NCBI GenBank assembly: GCA_011605725.1
Contig: JAAOZP010000012.1
Span: forward strand, 128,001 to 192,000
Direction of reading: 5' to 3'
From: Nitrososphaerota archaeon
GTDB taxonomy: Archaea; Thermoproteota; EX4484-205; JAAOZP01
Length of the DNA stretch: 64,000 bases
The notes under the pieces are model-generated. The model was not told the origin of the DNA and did no database searches. It saw only the letters and a program-made list of their open reading frames with translations. The translations under genes and the position numbers were made by a program. Positions 48,821 through 58,631 of the stretch are shown here, in pieces. Position 1 is the first letter of the stretch; each line of letters opens with the position of its first letter.

Positions 48821-49311
48821 ACTACTTAGCTAAAAGGCTAGGCGTTACTCTTATCATAGCCGGGTTAACCATAATAATTGCTTGTATCTCTACGAGTGGA
48901 GAACAAGTTAGGAAGGAGAACATATTGATAGGTGTAAATAAAACAGCAGCTTTATCATACTATCTGCATGATAACGATGTTGAATTTGTGATTGAAATAA
49001 TCCCATCAAGGGCTAAGGCAGATATACTGCTCCTGGATGCTGAACAACTTAAGTCAGCCATCCAAGTGGCTGATTTAAAACCACTTGTTGAGCTTAAAAA
49101 TGTAGATAATGCTGATTTCAAGCTCGAACACAAGAGGGGTCTCTATTTCCTGTTCATAGTGAATAGGTCTGAAGAAGGCATATCAGCGTATATTACACGA
49201 ATATCCAGCGGAGTTCAACAGGATATAGTCTGCATAGGTATTGGAACTATTATTTTAGGGCTTGCATGCCTGATTACAGCAAAACTAGTTAAAAATAAAA
49301 ATGCAGGATAA
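48817..49311 (+). CDS. Membrane protein (two TMs flanking a beta domain)
   Basis: N- and C-terminal TM helices; GLYFLFIVN strand; 4-nt overlap with the permease. Confidence 0.7.
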   Translation: MNYLAKRLGVTLIIAGLTIIIACISTSGEQVRKENILIGVNKTAALSYYLHDNDVEFVIEIIPSRAKADILLLDAEQLKSAIQVADLKPLVELKNVDNADFKLEHKRGLYFLFIVNRSEEGISAYITRISSGVQQDIVCIGIGTIILGLACLITAKLVKNKNAG

Positions 49312-49626
49312 CCAACTGAATAAAATTAGTGAGGAACATTAGAGGGATCTATGACTGCAACTTACTGTTTTGCTTAAGCCGCGCGTGCGTCACCGGCTTC
49401 TAGAAATAGTAAGATACTGTTGATGGAAGAGGGCTCTTGAGGGAGCAGAGTTATAAGGAGCTTGGGTTTTAACCCTGCTTGATGCAACAGCTATGAGTTG
49501 CCTTCTGAGCCTGATTTGTGACGACTAGAGAGAAAAGAGCTGTTGTTTTTAAATGACGGCGCAGAACCGCTAACCCATTTTAAGTAATTCTTGGCACGCA
49601 ACACCATGCGTGGACTTGCACGATTT

Positions 49627-51378
49627 TCAGAATGGGAGGAGGAACTCGACTACTGGACATTTCTCCATACATGTTTCACACCCTTTACACCTGGTTTCAT
49701 CCACGTGAACCTTCCCATCCCGGTTAAGGAACAATGCTTCGTGCGGGCACCAAGCCTCGCAGGAACCGCATCCTAAGCAGTATGCTGCTCTGAGAACAAT
49801 GCTAATCATTTTTCTATTCTTGTTTTCCAACTTGAACACCACCTTGTTTCCGTTTAATACATATGATGCTGCAGGATGCCCCAGGGTTTTCACGAGTTCC
49901 CTTAAACTGTCCTCATCTATTTCCCTGTCTAAAACCAGGCATGTGGCAACTCCATCGTCTTTCACCACGTATTTTTCAAGGCGGCGGCTATGGACCTCTC
50001 CAACAACCTTCTTCATCTTTACCGGGACCCGTTTCCATCTCCACAAGTGATATTTTAGTGACAGCAAGTCTTTATCCGAGATATGCTTAAGAATTTCTCG
50101 TCTGAATTCACTCCAGAGATCAGGATGGATTTTCTCTAAAAGCAGGTAGTCCCCTATGCTGCAGGAGGGACATGGGTAACACCCTATCCTGTCAAACCCG
50201 TAGAAATAAGCCTTGTTCACTAGGTTGAGAACTCCTCGATACAGCAAGTACAGCCATACGGTCAACATATCCCAATCGTTTATGGGAGAGGCAGAGATTG
50301 ATTCTGGAATCCATTGGTTCCGCCACACGCTTCCAGCTCTAGCTCTTTTTCTAGACTCCAGCGCCCTCTGCCCCACGAAGGTCAAGCTGCCTCCGGGGAA
50401 TGCTCTCCTGTAGAGCCGTGCAGTCGGAATAAGCTTTATAACTTTACAGCACCATCTGTAGTCTCTCGAAGGTAATCTGAAAACATTCAAACCCTTCCAG
50501 AAACCATCGTAAGCATCAACCGTTAAAAGCTCTAGGCCAAGGCTGTCAGCCACCTTTTTCACGTTTTCCACGGTTTCAGGAAGCTCTATTCCAGTGTTTG
50601 TAAACGAGACCTTGGGTTTTACTCCGGCTTTCAGAACCAGAAGCAGCGTTGCTAAACTGTCTTTCCCGCCGGAGTATGAGACACAAGTGGGCTTTCTAAT
50701 CCTGTTTAAAAGCCTGAGGATGAACACGATAGCTCTAGACTCCCTTCTTCTCAAATATTCCAAGTTAGATTTCAACACGTCCTCTAAACCAGATGGTTTA
50801 GTCTCCTCCTCATTCAGAATTGGCTGGAAAGTCTTTACTACTCTTGCTTCTCCATTACCCGTTAGTTGAGCAACCCCGTAAACACCTTTTTCACCAAATA
50901 CTGGCAGATACCTTGCTTCAAGTGGAAGATTTAACCCGGTGATTTTCAAACCACCTCCTTTTTTAACACCCTCTTTGAAAAACCCTATGCCAAGGTTTTT
51001 AAAAATCCTTAAACAACCGTATTCAACAGGCTTGAAAACCCAGTCGTAAATATAGACGTCGAAGAAGAAGTGGCCGATCAGCCTTCCGTCGGAGATTATC
51101 TCGTAAGCCTGATCAACGTAGAAAAGCTTGTTTGCAAGCATAAGATGACCATCATACAGTACTTTCCCTCCTGCTCCCGAACCATACTGTTTATCAAGAA
51201 CCTCCAAGATCAGTTTTCTCTCTTCCTCGAAAACAGGTCTTAAGTCAGTCCTCCCCCTTGTTTTCAAATAAAAACCCTTGTCTCCACACACGTCACACTT
51301 CTCCCCGAGGAGCGGCACGTTGCAGATGCTGCACCATCTTACTGAGGTTTTCAAATGCTTCAACCCCGGATGCACCAT
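49627..51378 (-). CDS. Archaeal PAPS-reductase-family protein with N-terminal Zn ribbon and C-terminal 2x[4Fe-4S] ferredoxin domain
   Basis: WCSICNVP..CDVCG, SYSGGKDS, RWCCKVIK, RIGCYPCP, CLGCGSCEAWCP, CKGCETCMEKCP. Confidence 0.85.
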   Translation of the reverse strand: MVHPGLKHLKTSVRWCSICNVPLLGEKCDVCGDKGFYLKTRGRTDLRPVFEEERKLILEVLDKQYGSGAGGKVLYDGHLMLANKLFYVDQAYEIISDGRLIGHFFFDVYIYDWVFKPVEYGCLRIFKNLGIGFFKEGVKKGGGLKITGLNLPLEARYLPVFGEKGVYGVAQLTGNGEARVVKTFQPILNEEETKPSGLEDVLKSNLEYLRRRESRAIVFILRLLNRIRKPTCVSYSGGKDSLATLLLVLKAGVKPKVSFTNTGIELPETVENVKKVADSLGLELLTVDAYDGFWKGLNVFRLPSRDYRWCCKVIKLIPTARLYRRAFPGGSLTFVGQRALESRKRARAGSVWRNQWIPESISASPINDWDMLTVWLYLLYRGVLNLVNKAYFYGFDRIGCYPCPSCSIGDYLLLEKIHPDLWSEFRREILKHISDKDLLSLKYHLWRWKRVPVKMKKVVGEVHSRRLEKYVVKDDGVATCLVLDREIDEDSLRELVKTLGHPAASYVLNGNKVVFKLENKNRKMISIVLRAAYCLGCGSCEAWCPHEALFLNRDGKVHVDETRCKGCETCMEKCPVVEFLLPF

Positions 51379-51402
51379 ATCACGGTTCTACACTGTTAAA
51401 AC

Positions 51403-53784
51403 CTATTCCACCACCTCGATGACGCATGATTCACCTTTTAGAAGAATCTTTAAATCTATGGTTTTCAACTCACGGTTATACTCGCAGGAGGCAAGGTCGC
51501 CTCCTGTGCAGTTGACTCTCAGCGGCTTATTCTCATTGTAGAAAACTATCCTCCACGTTTTTCTCGAAGGACCCATTTTCAGCCTTAAAACATTGTTTTC
51601 TCTCGAAACCTCTATCGGAAAACTCTCGTCGAAAAAGTAGTTTAAGAACGCCTTGTCTTTCACAAATATTTCTAGAATCATTTCTTCAAACTTTTCACCA
51701 ACATGCTGCACAAGAGTCACTCTAGGTATTACTGAGTTCTCTCTTACTAGCAACGGTATTACTTGTAACGGGACTCTCTCCTTAACCCAGCAGCCTCCTT
51801 TAATCGGCTTCCTACTCCACCAGTTTAACCATTCACCTTTTGGCAGGTAGTACTCCACATACCCCTCCTCGTTCAGAACCGGTACAACAAGCAGGGATGA
51901 GCCAAACAGATACTCCAAGTCAATCTTCCTCGTATTCGGATCATCCTGATACTCTAACACGAGTGGTCTGGCTACTGGAATACCTGTTTCACACGCTTCA
52001 TACGCACATGAGTAAATGTAGGGTAATAGACTATACCTGAGACGGGTGAACTCTCTAAATATTCTCAGAGCCTCCTCCCCGTATTCCCATGGTTCTCGGG
52101 GCGTTGTCCCGTGACACCTGGAAAGCGGGCTTAAAAGACCCCATTGGGCCCATCTGACGTAGAGCGTTGGACTCGGCTTAGGCCCTTGAAAACCACCGAT
52201 GTCGTGACTCCAGAAAGGCACTCCAGACAACGAGTAGCTAAGCCCGCCGCGCAACACGCACGCCATGTCTTCGAAAGTAGCGTGGCTGTCACCACTCCAT
52301 TGAACCGGGTATCTCTGTATTCCAGCGCATCCTGAACGACCCCAGACAAGGCCGCTACCTCTCCCATAAACCTTTTCCACCGCTTCAAAAACAGTCCCTT
52401 GATAGTAGAGAGGGTAGAGATTATGCATCTCCACCCCGGTCTTACCGTTGTGGAAGACTGCTTTCTCAGGCACAGCCTCACCCATGTCGCATTTGAAGAC
52501 TGAAACACCCTTTCCGAGTAGATCCGAATGCTTATTCTTATACCATTCCCTAGCCTCCGGGTTGGTGAAATCAACTATCGCGACCTCGCAGAGCTCAAAA
52601 TCAGGAATATGGATTACTCCACCATCCCTATCTTTCAGGAAAAAGCCTTTTTCAACACCCTCCTTATACATGGCTGTACCCTTTGGGATATACGGTTGCT
52701 CCCATAAGCATATTTTGAAACCCATTTCCCTTAGTTTTTTAAACATATCGTCTGGATCTGGAAAAGCATCCTCATTCCATTCAAAGTCACAGTAATGCTT
52801 AGGCTTCATCCAAGACGGGTCTATATGTAGCACGTCGCAAGGTACCTGCTGGGCCCTTAATCTTTGAGCAACCTCCTCAAGTTCCCTCCTGTTTCGATAC
52901 GTTGCCCGAGACATCCATAGTCCGAAAGACCATAAAGGCGGAAGGCTGGGGCGTCCCGTGAGCTCCGTATACATTTTCAAAACATGCTTCAAGTCAGGAC
53001 CGTAGAAAACAATATACTCTAAACAGTCTTTCCAAGTCTCAAACGATATGGAATTGTAACAGTACTCAGAGCCGACTTCAAACACTGTTTTACACCCTGT
53101 CTTCAAAAGTAAACCATAGCCCTCGCTCGTAACGTAGAAAGGTATACTCTTATAGCTTCTATCGGAAGATGTTAAAGTGGTGTCTGAATTCCAGAGGAGG
53201 AGAGACTGGCCTCTTTTGTCTAGAGGCCCGAACCTTTCGCCGAAGCCGTAAACCGATTCATTCGGCCTCAGGCAGATACTTTCAAAGAAATGCGTCTCAC
53301 CATCTACAATTTTATAGCCGAGAGGATAAACTGGAAACCAGCTGCGTAGAACACCTGAAACATATTCTTCGAAAAACACCTTGCCTTTTTCATCCTTCAG
53401 CTTAAGGCACCATGGTTTCTTCCGTACCTGGCAAGACACCCTGCCTGATGAAAAATGTAGAGCCTCATCAGACTCGGTGATACTGGTTTCCACAGATTCT
53501 AAGAGCTTTTTCACCATAATGGGTTCAGGATCGAAAGCCGGAACCCCACCTATGCCTGCTCTTAACATCACAGCCTGTTCCCCAAGGAAGGAAACCTCCA
53601 CGTGCAGAGGGATAGCCTTAGGCTCTGTTTCAACAATTAGCTTAATCTTACCATCCTGAACAGCCCAGGAGTCTACGTGTGAAGCATAATGGTATTTCCA
53701 GCGGAGCCTGTCGAAAATAGGTTCTCTACCAGCCTTATGAAGATACTCCAAGTAATATCTTTCGCTGAAATAGTTGTTCTCCAT
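51403..53784 (-). CDS. GH31 glycosidase, alpha-xylosidase (YicI-like)
   Basis: YGFGERF, WSFGLWMS, FKCDMGE (nucleophile), WSGD, HDIGGF, REPWEY. Confidence 0.88.
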   Translation of the reverse strand: MENNYFSERYYLEYLHKAGREPIFDRLRWKYHYASHVDSWAVQDGKIKLIVETEPKAIPLHVEVSFLGEQAVMLRAGIGGVPAFDPEPIMVKKLLESVETSITESDEALHFSSGRVSCQVRKKPWCLKLKDEKGKVFFEEYVSGVLRSWFPVYPLGYKIVDGETHFFESICLRPNESVYGFGERFGPLDKRGQSLLLWNSDTTLTSSDRSYKSIPFYVTSEGYGLLLKTGCKTVFEVGSEYCYNSISFETWKDCLEYIVFYGPDLKHVLKMYTELTGRPSLPPLWSFGLWMSRATYRNRRELEEVAQRLRAQQVPCDVLHIDPSWMKPKHYCDFEWNEDAFPDPDDMFKKLREMGFKICLWEQPYIPKGTAMYKEGVEKGFFLKDRDGGVIHIPDFELCEVAIVDFTNPEAREWYKNKHSDLLGKGVSVFKCDMGEAVPEKAVFHNGKTGVEMHNLYPLYYQGTVFEAVEKVYGRGSGLVWGRSGCAGIQRYPVQWSGDSHATFEDMACVLRGGLSYSLSGVPFWSHDIGGFQGPKPSPTLYVRWAQWGLLSPLSRCHGTTPREPWEYGEEALRIFREFTRLRYSLLPYIYSCAYEACETGIPVARPLVLEYQDDPNTRKIDLEYLFGSSLLVVPVLNEEGYVEYYLPKGEWLNWWSRKPIKGGCWVKERVPLQVIPLLVRENSVIPRVTLVQHVGEKFEEMILEIFVKDKAFLNYFFDESFPIEVSRENNVLRLKMGPSRKTWRIVFYNENKPLRVNCTGGDLASCEYNRELKTIDLKILLKGESCVIEVVE

Positions 53785-53886
53785 ACCGAAGTATTCAAAA
53801 GACTTAAATTAAAGTTTTACCAGTTTTTTCGATCCTCTGAAACAGCTTTCTGGAAAGGCTTAAAATCCAGGTGCAGTTTTAAAACT

Positions 53887-54924
53887 ATGCCTAAAGAGTT
53901 ACTTGCCGTAGGTCCTAGAGAACCTGCACTCCTGGAGTATGAGGAAAGGCCGCTCAAAAAAGGCGAGATCCGTATAAGGAGCATCTTCTCAGCTGAGAAG
54001 CACGGTACGACTCTGCTTCTTTACAGAGGGGAAGCACCCTTCCTGAACAAGTATTATGATCAGGAACGCATGCTTTTCCTTAATAGGGCGGATGAAAAAT
54101 CCTATTTCCCTTTCCCTCTTGGAAACATGACTGTCGGAATTGTTGAGGAGGTTTCTCCAGAGGCTAGAAGGTTTAAAGTTGGCGACAGGGTTTACGGCTA
54201 TCTCCCAATAAGAGAAACACATACTGTCTACGAGCAAAACGTCATGCCTGCTCCAGAAGGCGTTAGTGATGAAGAGCTTGTATGCGTCGACCCCGCAGTG
54301 GTCGCGCTCATGGCGGTTAGGGAGGGACATGTAAGACTTGGAGATAAAGTTGCAATCTTCGGGATGGGAGCAATAGGGCTTTTAACGCTGCAGATGTGTA
54401 AAATATCCGGTAGCCTATGCGTCATCGCTGTGGAACCCGTTGAAAAGAAGCGGAGCCTTGCCGAGAAGTTTGGAGCAGACTACGTGATTGACCCTACTTC
54501 TGAAGACGCAGGGACGAGGATTAGGGAGTTAACAAATTGGAAAGGAGTAGATGTTTCGCTTGAGATCAGTGGAAGTTGTCAAGCGTTACACCAAGCTATT
54601 AGGGCAACAAGATACGGTGGGAAAGTGATTCCTGTTTCATGGTACCACGGTGAGGCTAAAAGCCTTTATCTTGGCGAAGAATTCCACTTTAACCGGATAA
54701 CGCTGTTATCTGGAGCTCGTGTCGAAAGCGAGCCTTACAGAGAGCATCCCCTTTGGAACAGGGAGAGGGTTTACGCGACTGTGACAGAGCTTTTCATAAG
54801 AAAGAAGATTAGTGTTGAAGGAATAATTGACCCGGTTGTGAAGTTTAGCCAAGTGGTTGAAGCTTACAGGAAGATGGATGAGCAGCCGTGGGAATGCGTG
54901 AAGCTAGGAGTAACTTATTCTTAG
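53887..54924 (+). CDS. MDR-family dehydrogenase with an atypical Zn site
   Basis: GMGAIG Rossmann motif, FKVGDRV, GVDVSLEISG; no GHE motif. Start ATG 53887, because the track start 53689 overlaps GH31. Confidence 0.8.
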   Translation: MPKELLAVGPREPALLEYEERPLKKGEIRIRSIFSAEKHGTTLLLYRGEAPFLNKYYDQERMLFLNRADEKSYFPFPLGNMTVGIVEEVSPEARRFKVGDRVYGYLPIRETHTVYEQNVMPAPEGVSDEELVCVDPAVVALMAVREGHVRLGDKVAIFGMGAIGLLTLQMCKISGSLCVIAVEPVEKKRSLAEKFGADYVIDPTSEDAGTRIRELTNWKGVDVSLEISGSCQALHQAIRATRYGGKVIPVSWYHGEAKSLYLGEEFHFNRITLLSGARVESEPYREHPLWNRERVYATVTELFIRKKISVEGIIDPVVKFSQVVEAYRKMDEQPWECVKLGVTYS

Positions 54925-55102
54925 AGTCGATTCGACAAGCGGCTCCAGCTTCGCAAGATGGTTGAGTAAGTGCAATATCTTCTTTCTTAAATCCGTTGAA
55001 AAGCCTTTAACCCTTTTCTCAATCCGTCAGGGACGTGCTCTAGGCGGCATACCACCGCTAAAGATTTATCTCAGGATTTTGCAGAGTAAATATTGAAGAA
55101 AA

Positions 55103-56512
55103 ATGATTAGGGAAACCGGTAAAGTTAAGCTGGGGTTTGTTCCCCTCCACAGGGAACCTTTCGACGAGGAATGGGCTAAGAAGCTACGGAGCAGAACGAT
55201 AAGTATGCTCTCCAGTCTAGACGAGATAGCACTAGTATACCCAGATGAAAAACTCACTAAAAACGGGCTGGTTAGGAACGATGAGGATGCTTCAAAAACC
55301 ATAGGGCTTTTTAAAGACCAGAGAATACAAGGGTTAATACTTGGCACGATGACTTTTGGAGACGAGGTCGCAGGCTCCTCAATAGCGCAAGCTCTACGCG
55401 TCCCCACTTTGGTTTTCGGAACAAAGGAGCCTCCGATATCGAGCGAAGGCTTTAGAAGCTCCGATTCGTTCTGCGGAACCCTTTCCCTAACCTCAGGGCT
55501 CTACAGGAGAAAAATACCCTTCGAATTCGCCGGAATAGTCCTGCCAGAGGAGAATCATTTCCTCGAGAAAGTCAGGGTCTTTGCAAGAGCATGCTCCCTC
55601 GTTAGAGCTTTCCTAGGAGCAAGGGTTGGCGTGTTTGGACCGAGACCAGAACGCTTCGAAACCTGCACTTACAACGAGGTGGCGATGATAAACAAGTTTG
55701 GACAGAGAGCCATACCCTACGATCTTACGGAAGTCATGCTCGGCTTGAACAAGATTCCTGAGGACAATCCGGATGTGACGAGGATCGTTGAACAGATAAA
55801 ATCATATGCCGAGGTTACAGGAATACCTGTTGAAAACCTTCTGAAAATGGCGAAGCTTGAAGTTCTGCTTAAAAACATGGCGGAGAAAGACGGTTTGTCG
55901 GCACTCGGCTTCAGATGCTGGACTGAGATACAGGACCTTTACGGAATATCGGTTTGCCACGTGCTAGGCAGGTTGACGCAGCAGGGTCTGGTGTCCGCAT
56001 GCGAATCCGATGTTTACGGAGCGCTAACCATGCTTATGCAGTACTGGGCGACACTAGGAAAATCAGCACCCCATTTCGTAGACTGGACCATCAAGCATCC
56101 GGAGAAAGAAGACCTCGTTCTAATGTGGCACTGTGGGAACGCACCGCCCTCCCTAGCATGCGCCGGCTGCAAAATAGCTGTAAGGTATCACAGCATACTT
56201 TACAGGGCAGTTGGCGAAGACAGGTCTCAGGGGACTGGCGAGTTCAAGCTTAAACCGGGCCCAGTTACGATCAACAGGCTTGTGGAGTATGATGGAGAAT
56301 TCAAAATGCTGAATGTTAGTGGAGAAATTGTTGAGGAAGGGCCGTACACGAGGGGCTCGTACAGCTGGGTTAGGATTAAAAACCTTGACGAAGTATATAG
56401 GACGCTTGTAAACGAGGGTTTCATACATCATGCAAGCATGATTCACGGAGATATTTCTCGAGAGATGGAGAGTGCATGTAGATTCCTAGGGATAAAAGTA
56501 ATTAGAGCATGA
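55103..56512 (+). CDS. L-fucose/L-arabinose isomerase family protein
   Basis: FGDE, SDSFCG, RCW, ACESDVYG, HCGN, GFIHH. Confidence 0.85.
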   Translation: MIRETGKVKLGFVPLHREPFDEEWAKKLRSRTISMLSSLDEIALVYPDEKLTKNGLVRNDEDASKTIGLFKDQRIQGLILGTMTFGDEVAGSSIAQALRVPTLVFGTKEPPISSEGFRSSDSFCGTLSLTSGLYRRKIPFEFAGIVLPEENHFLEKVRVFARACSLVRAFLGARVGVFGPRPERFETCTYNEVAMINKFGQRAIPYDLTEVMLGLNKIPEDNPDVTRIVEQIKSYAEVTGIPVENLLKMAKLEVLLKNMAEKDGLSALGFRCWTEIQDLYGISVCHVLGRLTQQGLVSACESDVYGALTMLMQYWATLGKSAPHFVDWTIKHPEKEDLVLMWHCGNAPPSLACAGCKIAVRYHSILYRAVGEDRSQGTGEFKLKPGPVTINRLVEYDGEFKMLNVSGEIVEEGPYTRGSYSWVRIKNLDEVYRTLVNEGFIHHASMIHGDISREMESACRFLGIKVIRA

Positions 56513-56657
56513 GCGTAGCGCACACTCAAAAATTGATTCTTTCTGCTTAAAACCCTAACATGGCTAGTTAAACACTTGAAAGTAGCATGTTATTGCAACC
56601 CTTAAGCCCATATGGAAAAGCATAAAAACCATATCAATAACCACACATATTGTCCGC

Positions 56658-57392
56658 ATGGCTTATCAGGATAAGAAGAGCTTCGCGCTATACCAAGTAT
56701 ACGGGCAAATAATGATATTGGTACTCGCAGCTTTAAACACCTACTATCCTCAATACCTAACTTATACTTTCATAGCGTTTCTAGTAGTCTCAATGATCTT
56801 CACGTTTTCTAGAATGAGGTCTCAGCTGAAAGGCTCGTCACCCGAACAGCTTAAGGAGATAAGGGAAAGCAAAAAAATCTATGAGGAGGAAAGCAGCGAA
56901 GTTTCGAGACTTATAGCCTTAGATGCGCAACTTACTCAAGAAATGAAGCCCCTAGCAGTCTCCTCCCTACTATCTATTTTCGCAATAGCAGCTATACTGA
57001 TCTGGTATCAAGTGTATTTCAGTTTCGCAAGCAGCCTGACAGGCGACTCATCCTTAAACACTTTTAAATTCCCGATCTTTCTGGCCGGCTACGAGGTGCC
57101 CTACGCGTTAATGGCAGTAATAAGCTTCAGACAGAACAGGGCGTTGAAAAAGTTCGCCCAGATCCCTCGAAGCTATGCTCTTTTCGAACGAGGGCTGGTT
57201 GCTCAAGGAATAGTCATAAAGACCCCTATGGATAACTATGAGGTCAAGCTTGACTCGAAGAGGAAATTCGTAGAACTAGTCAGTAAAGACGAGAAGAAGC
57301 CGCAACGGGTTAGGCTTTATAGTTCACAGCCAGGCGAGCTTTTCAGGCTGATTAACACGCATTGTTTTTCCACATTGAAAAACACGGAGTAA
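56658..57392 (+). CDS. DUF2208-like archaeal membrane protein
   Basis: Four TMs with YYPQY, a soluble linker and a C-terminal beta region (RKFVEL, RLYS). Confidence 0.6.
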   Translation: MAYQDKKSFALYQVYGQIMILVLAALNTYYPQYLTYTFIAFLVVSMIFTFSRMRSQLKGSSPEQLKEIRESKKIYEEESSEVSRLIALDAQLTQEMKPLAVSSLLSIFAIAAILIWYQVYFSFASSLTGDSSLNTFKFPIFLAGYEVPYALMAVISFRQNRALKKFAQIPRSYALFERGLVAQGIVIKTPMDNYEVKLDSKRKFVELVSKDEKKPQRVRLYSSQPGELFRLINTHCFSTLKNTE

Positions 57393-57502
57393 AAACGTTA
57401 AACAGAACTGTGCATTCAGAAGTACTCAGGCTTTCCTCGAGCGTTCCATGAAAAACACGGTTTTGAAAACTTTTTAACAGGGTAACTACTATCAGAGCGT
57501 AA

Positions 57503-58627
57503 ATGGAAGAAACAAGCGCACGTGAAAGATTTAAAGAAACATTTACCTTCGGCAAGCCTGACAGAGTCTTTTTCATGCCGCACTGGTTTTGGAGCTCCAC
57601 CATAAAACGCTGGCATTCAGAAGGTTTGCCGCAGGACGTGTATGTCGACGAGTTCTTCGGATTCGACCGTTACGAGCTTGTTCCCGTGAATCTTGGCTTC
57701 ATACCGCCATTTGAATACGAAGTTTATTACGAGAATGAGGAATACAAGGTTTACAGGAGGCAGGACGGATGTAAGGTAAAAGAGTTTAAAAGATACGCGG
57801 AGGCAAGCATGCCCCATTGGCTTGAATATCCGATTAAAACCAGGATCGACTGGGAAAGGGAAGTTATGCCGAGGCTCAACTCTAAGTCTCCAGCAAGATA
57901 CCCATTATGGTGGGACGATTACGTGCGATGGGTTAAAGAGAGAGATTACCCACTTGGAATCTCCGCGGGAAGCTACTATGGATGGATAAGGAACTGGATG
58001 GGGGTTGAAAGGCTCTCCAGGCTTATATACGAGGACCCGGAGTTTATCAAGGAGATTGCAGATTACATAGCTGGTTTCGTGATAGAAACAATTAGAAGAG
58101 CTGTTGAAGAAATAGAACTGGATTTCGCGATAATTTGGGAAGACATGGCTATGAAAACCGGTCCTCTCGTTTCTCCTAGGAAGTTTAAAGAACTCATGGT
58201 TCCTGCTTGCAAAAAAGTCTGTGACTATCTGCATTCAAACGGTGTTCAAATAATACTGCTTGACTCAGACGGGTTCATAGACCAGCTTATACCCATCTGG
58301 CTTGACGCGGGAGTAACTGGCGTCTACCCGCTGGAGGTTGCCGCAGGAGAAAACGTGGTCGCACTTAGGAAAAAGTATGGGAAAAAGCTTGCCATGTTTG
58401 GAGGAGTTGATAAGAGAGTCTTGGCCAGAGGCTGCGACGAGATAGAGAGACACCTATTCCAAGAAGTGAAACTACCATGGATGTTGACACAGGGAGGATA
58501 CACGCCGATGATAGATCATTCTGTACCACCGGACGTGAGCCTAAGAAACTTCATGCATTACTGGAGCATTGTGAAGAATGTCGCAGAAGATCCTTTTAGA
58601 TACTTGGATAAGTGTGAGGAGGCTTAG
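57503..58627 (+). CDS. URO-D / MtaA-CmuA family protein
   Basis: ARERF...DRV, EDMAMKTGPLVSP, LDSDG, YPLEVAAG, GGVDKR, IDHSVPPDV. Confidence 0.85.
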   Translation: MEETSARERFKETFTFGKPDRVFFMPHWFWSSTIKRWHSEGLPQDVYVDEFFGFDRYELVPVNLGFIPPFEYEVYYENEEYKVYRRQDGCKVKEFKRYAEASMPHWLEYPIKTRIDWEREVMPRLNSKSPARYPLWWDDYVRWVKERDYPLGISAGSYYGWIRNWMGVERLSRLIYEDPEFIKEIADYIAGFVIETIRRAVEEIELDFAIIWEDMAMKTGPLVSPRKFKELMVPACKKVCDYLHSNGVQIILLDSDGFIDQLIPIWLDAGVTGVYPLEVAAGENVVALRKKYGKKLAMFGGVDKRVLARGCDEIERHLFQEVKLPWMLTQGGYTPMIDHSVPPDVSLRNFMHYWSIVKNVAEDPFRYLDKCEEA

Positions 58628-58631
58628 AAGC

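Noticed and set aside
49420-49520. Peptide fragments (VDGRGLL..., YELPSEPDL) suggesting a gene remnant
   Set aside because: Too short and interrupted to assign without a search.
49627-51378. PAPS-reductase domain as DndC/SspD (DNA phosphorothioation defence)
   Set aside because: No dnd/ssp partner genes are present; the architecture matches a widespread archaeal Zn-ribbon/ferredoxin fusion.
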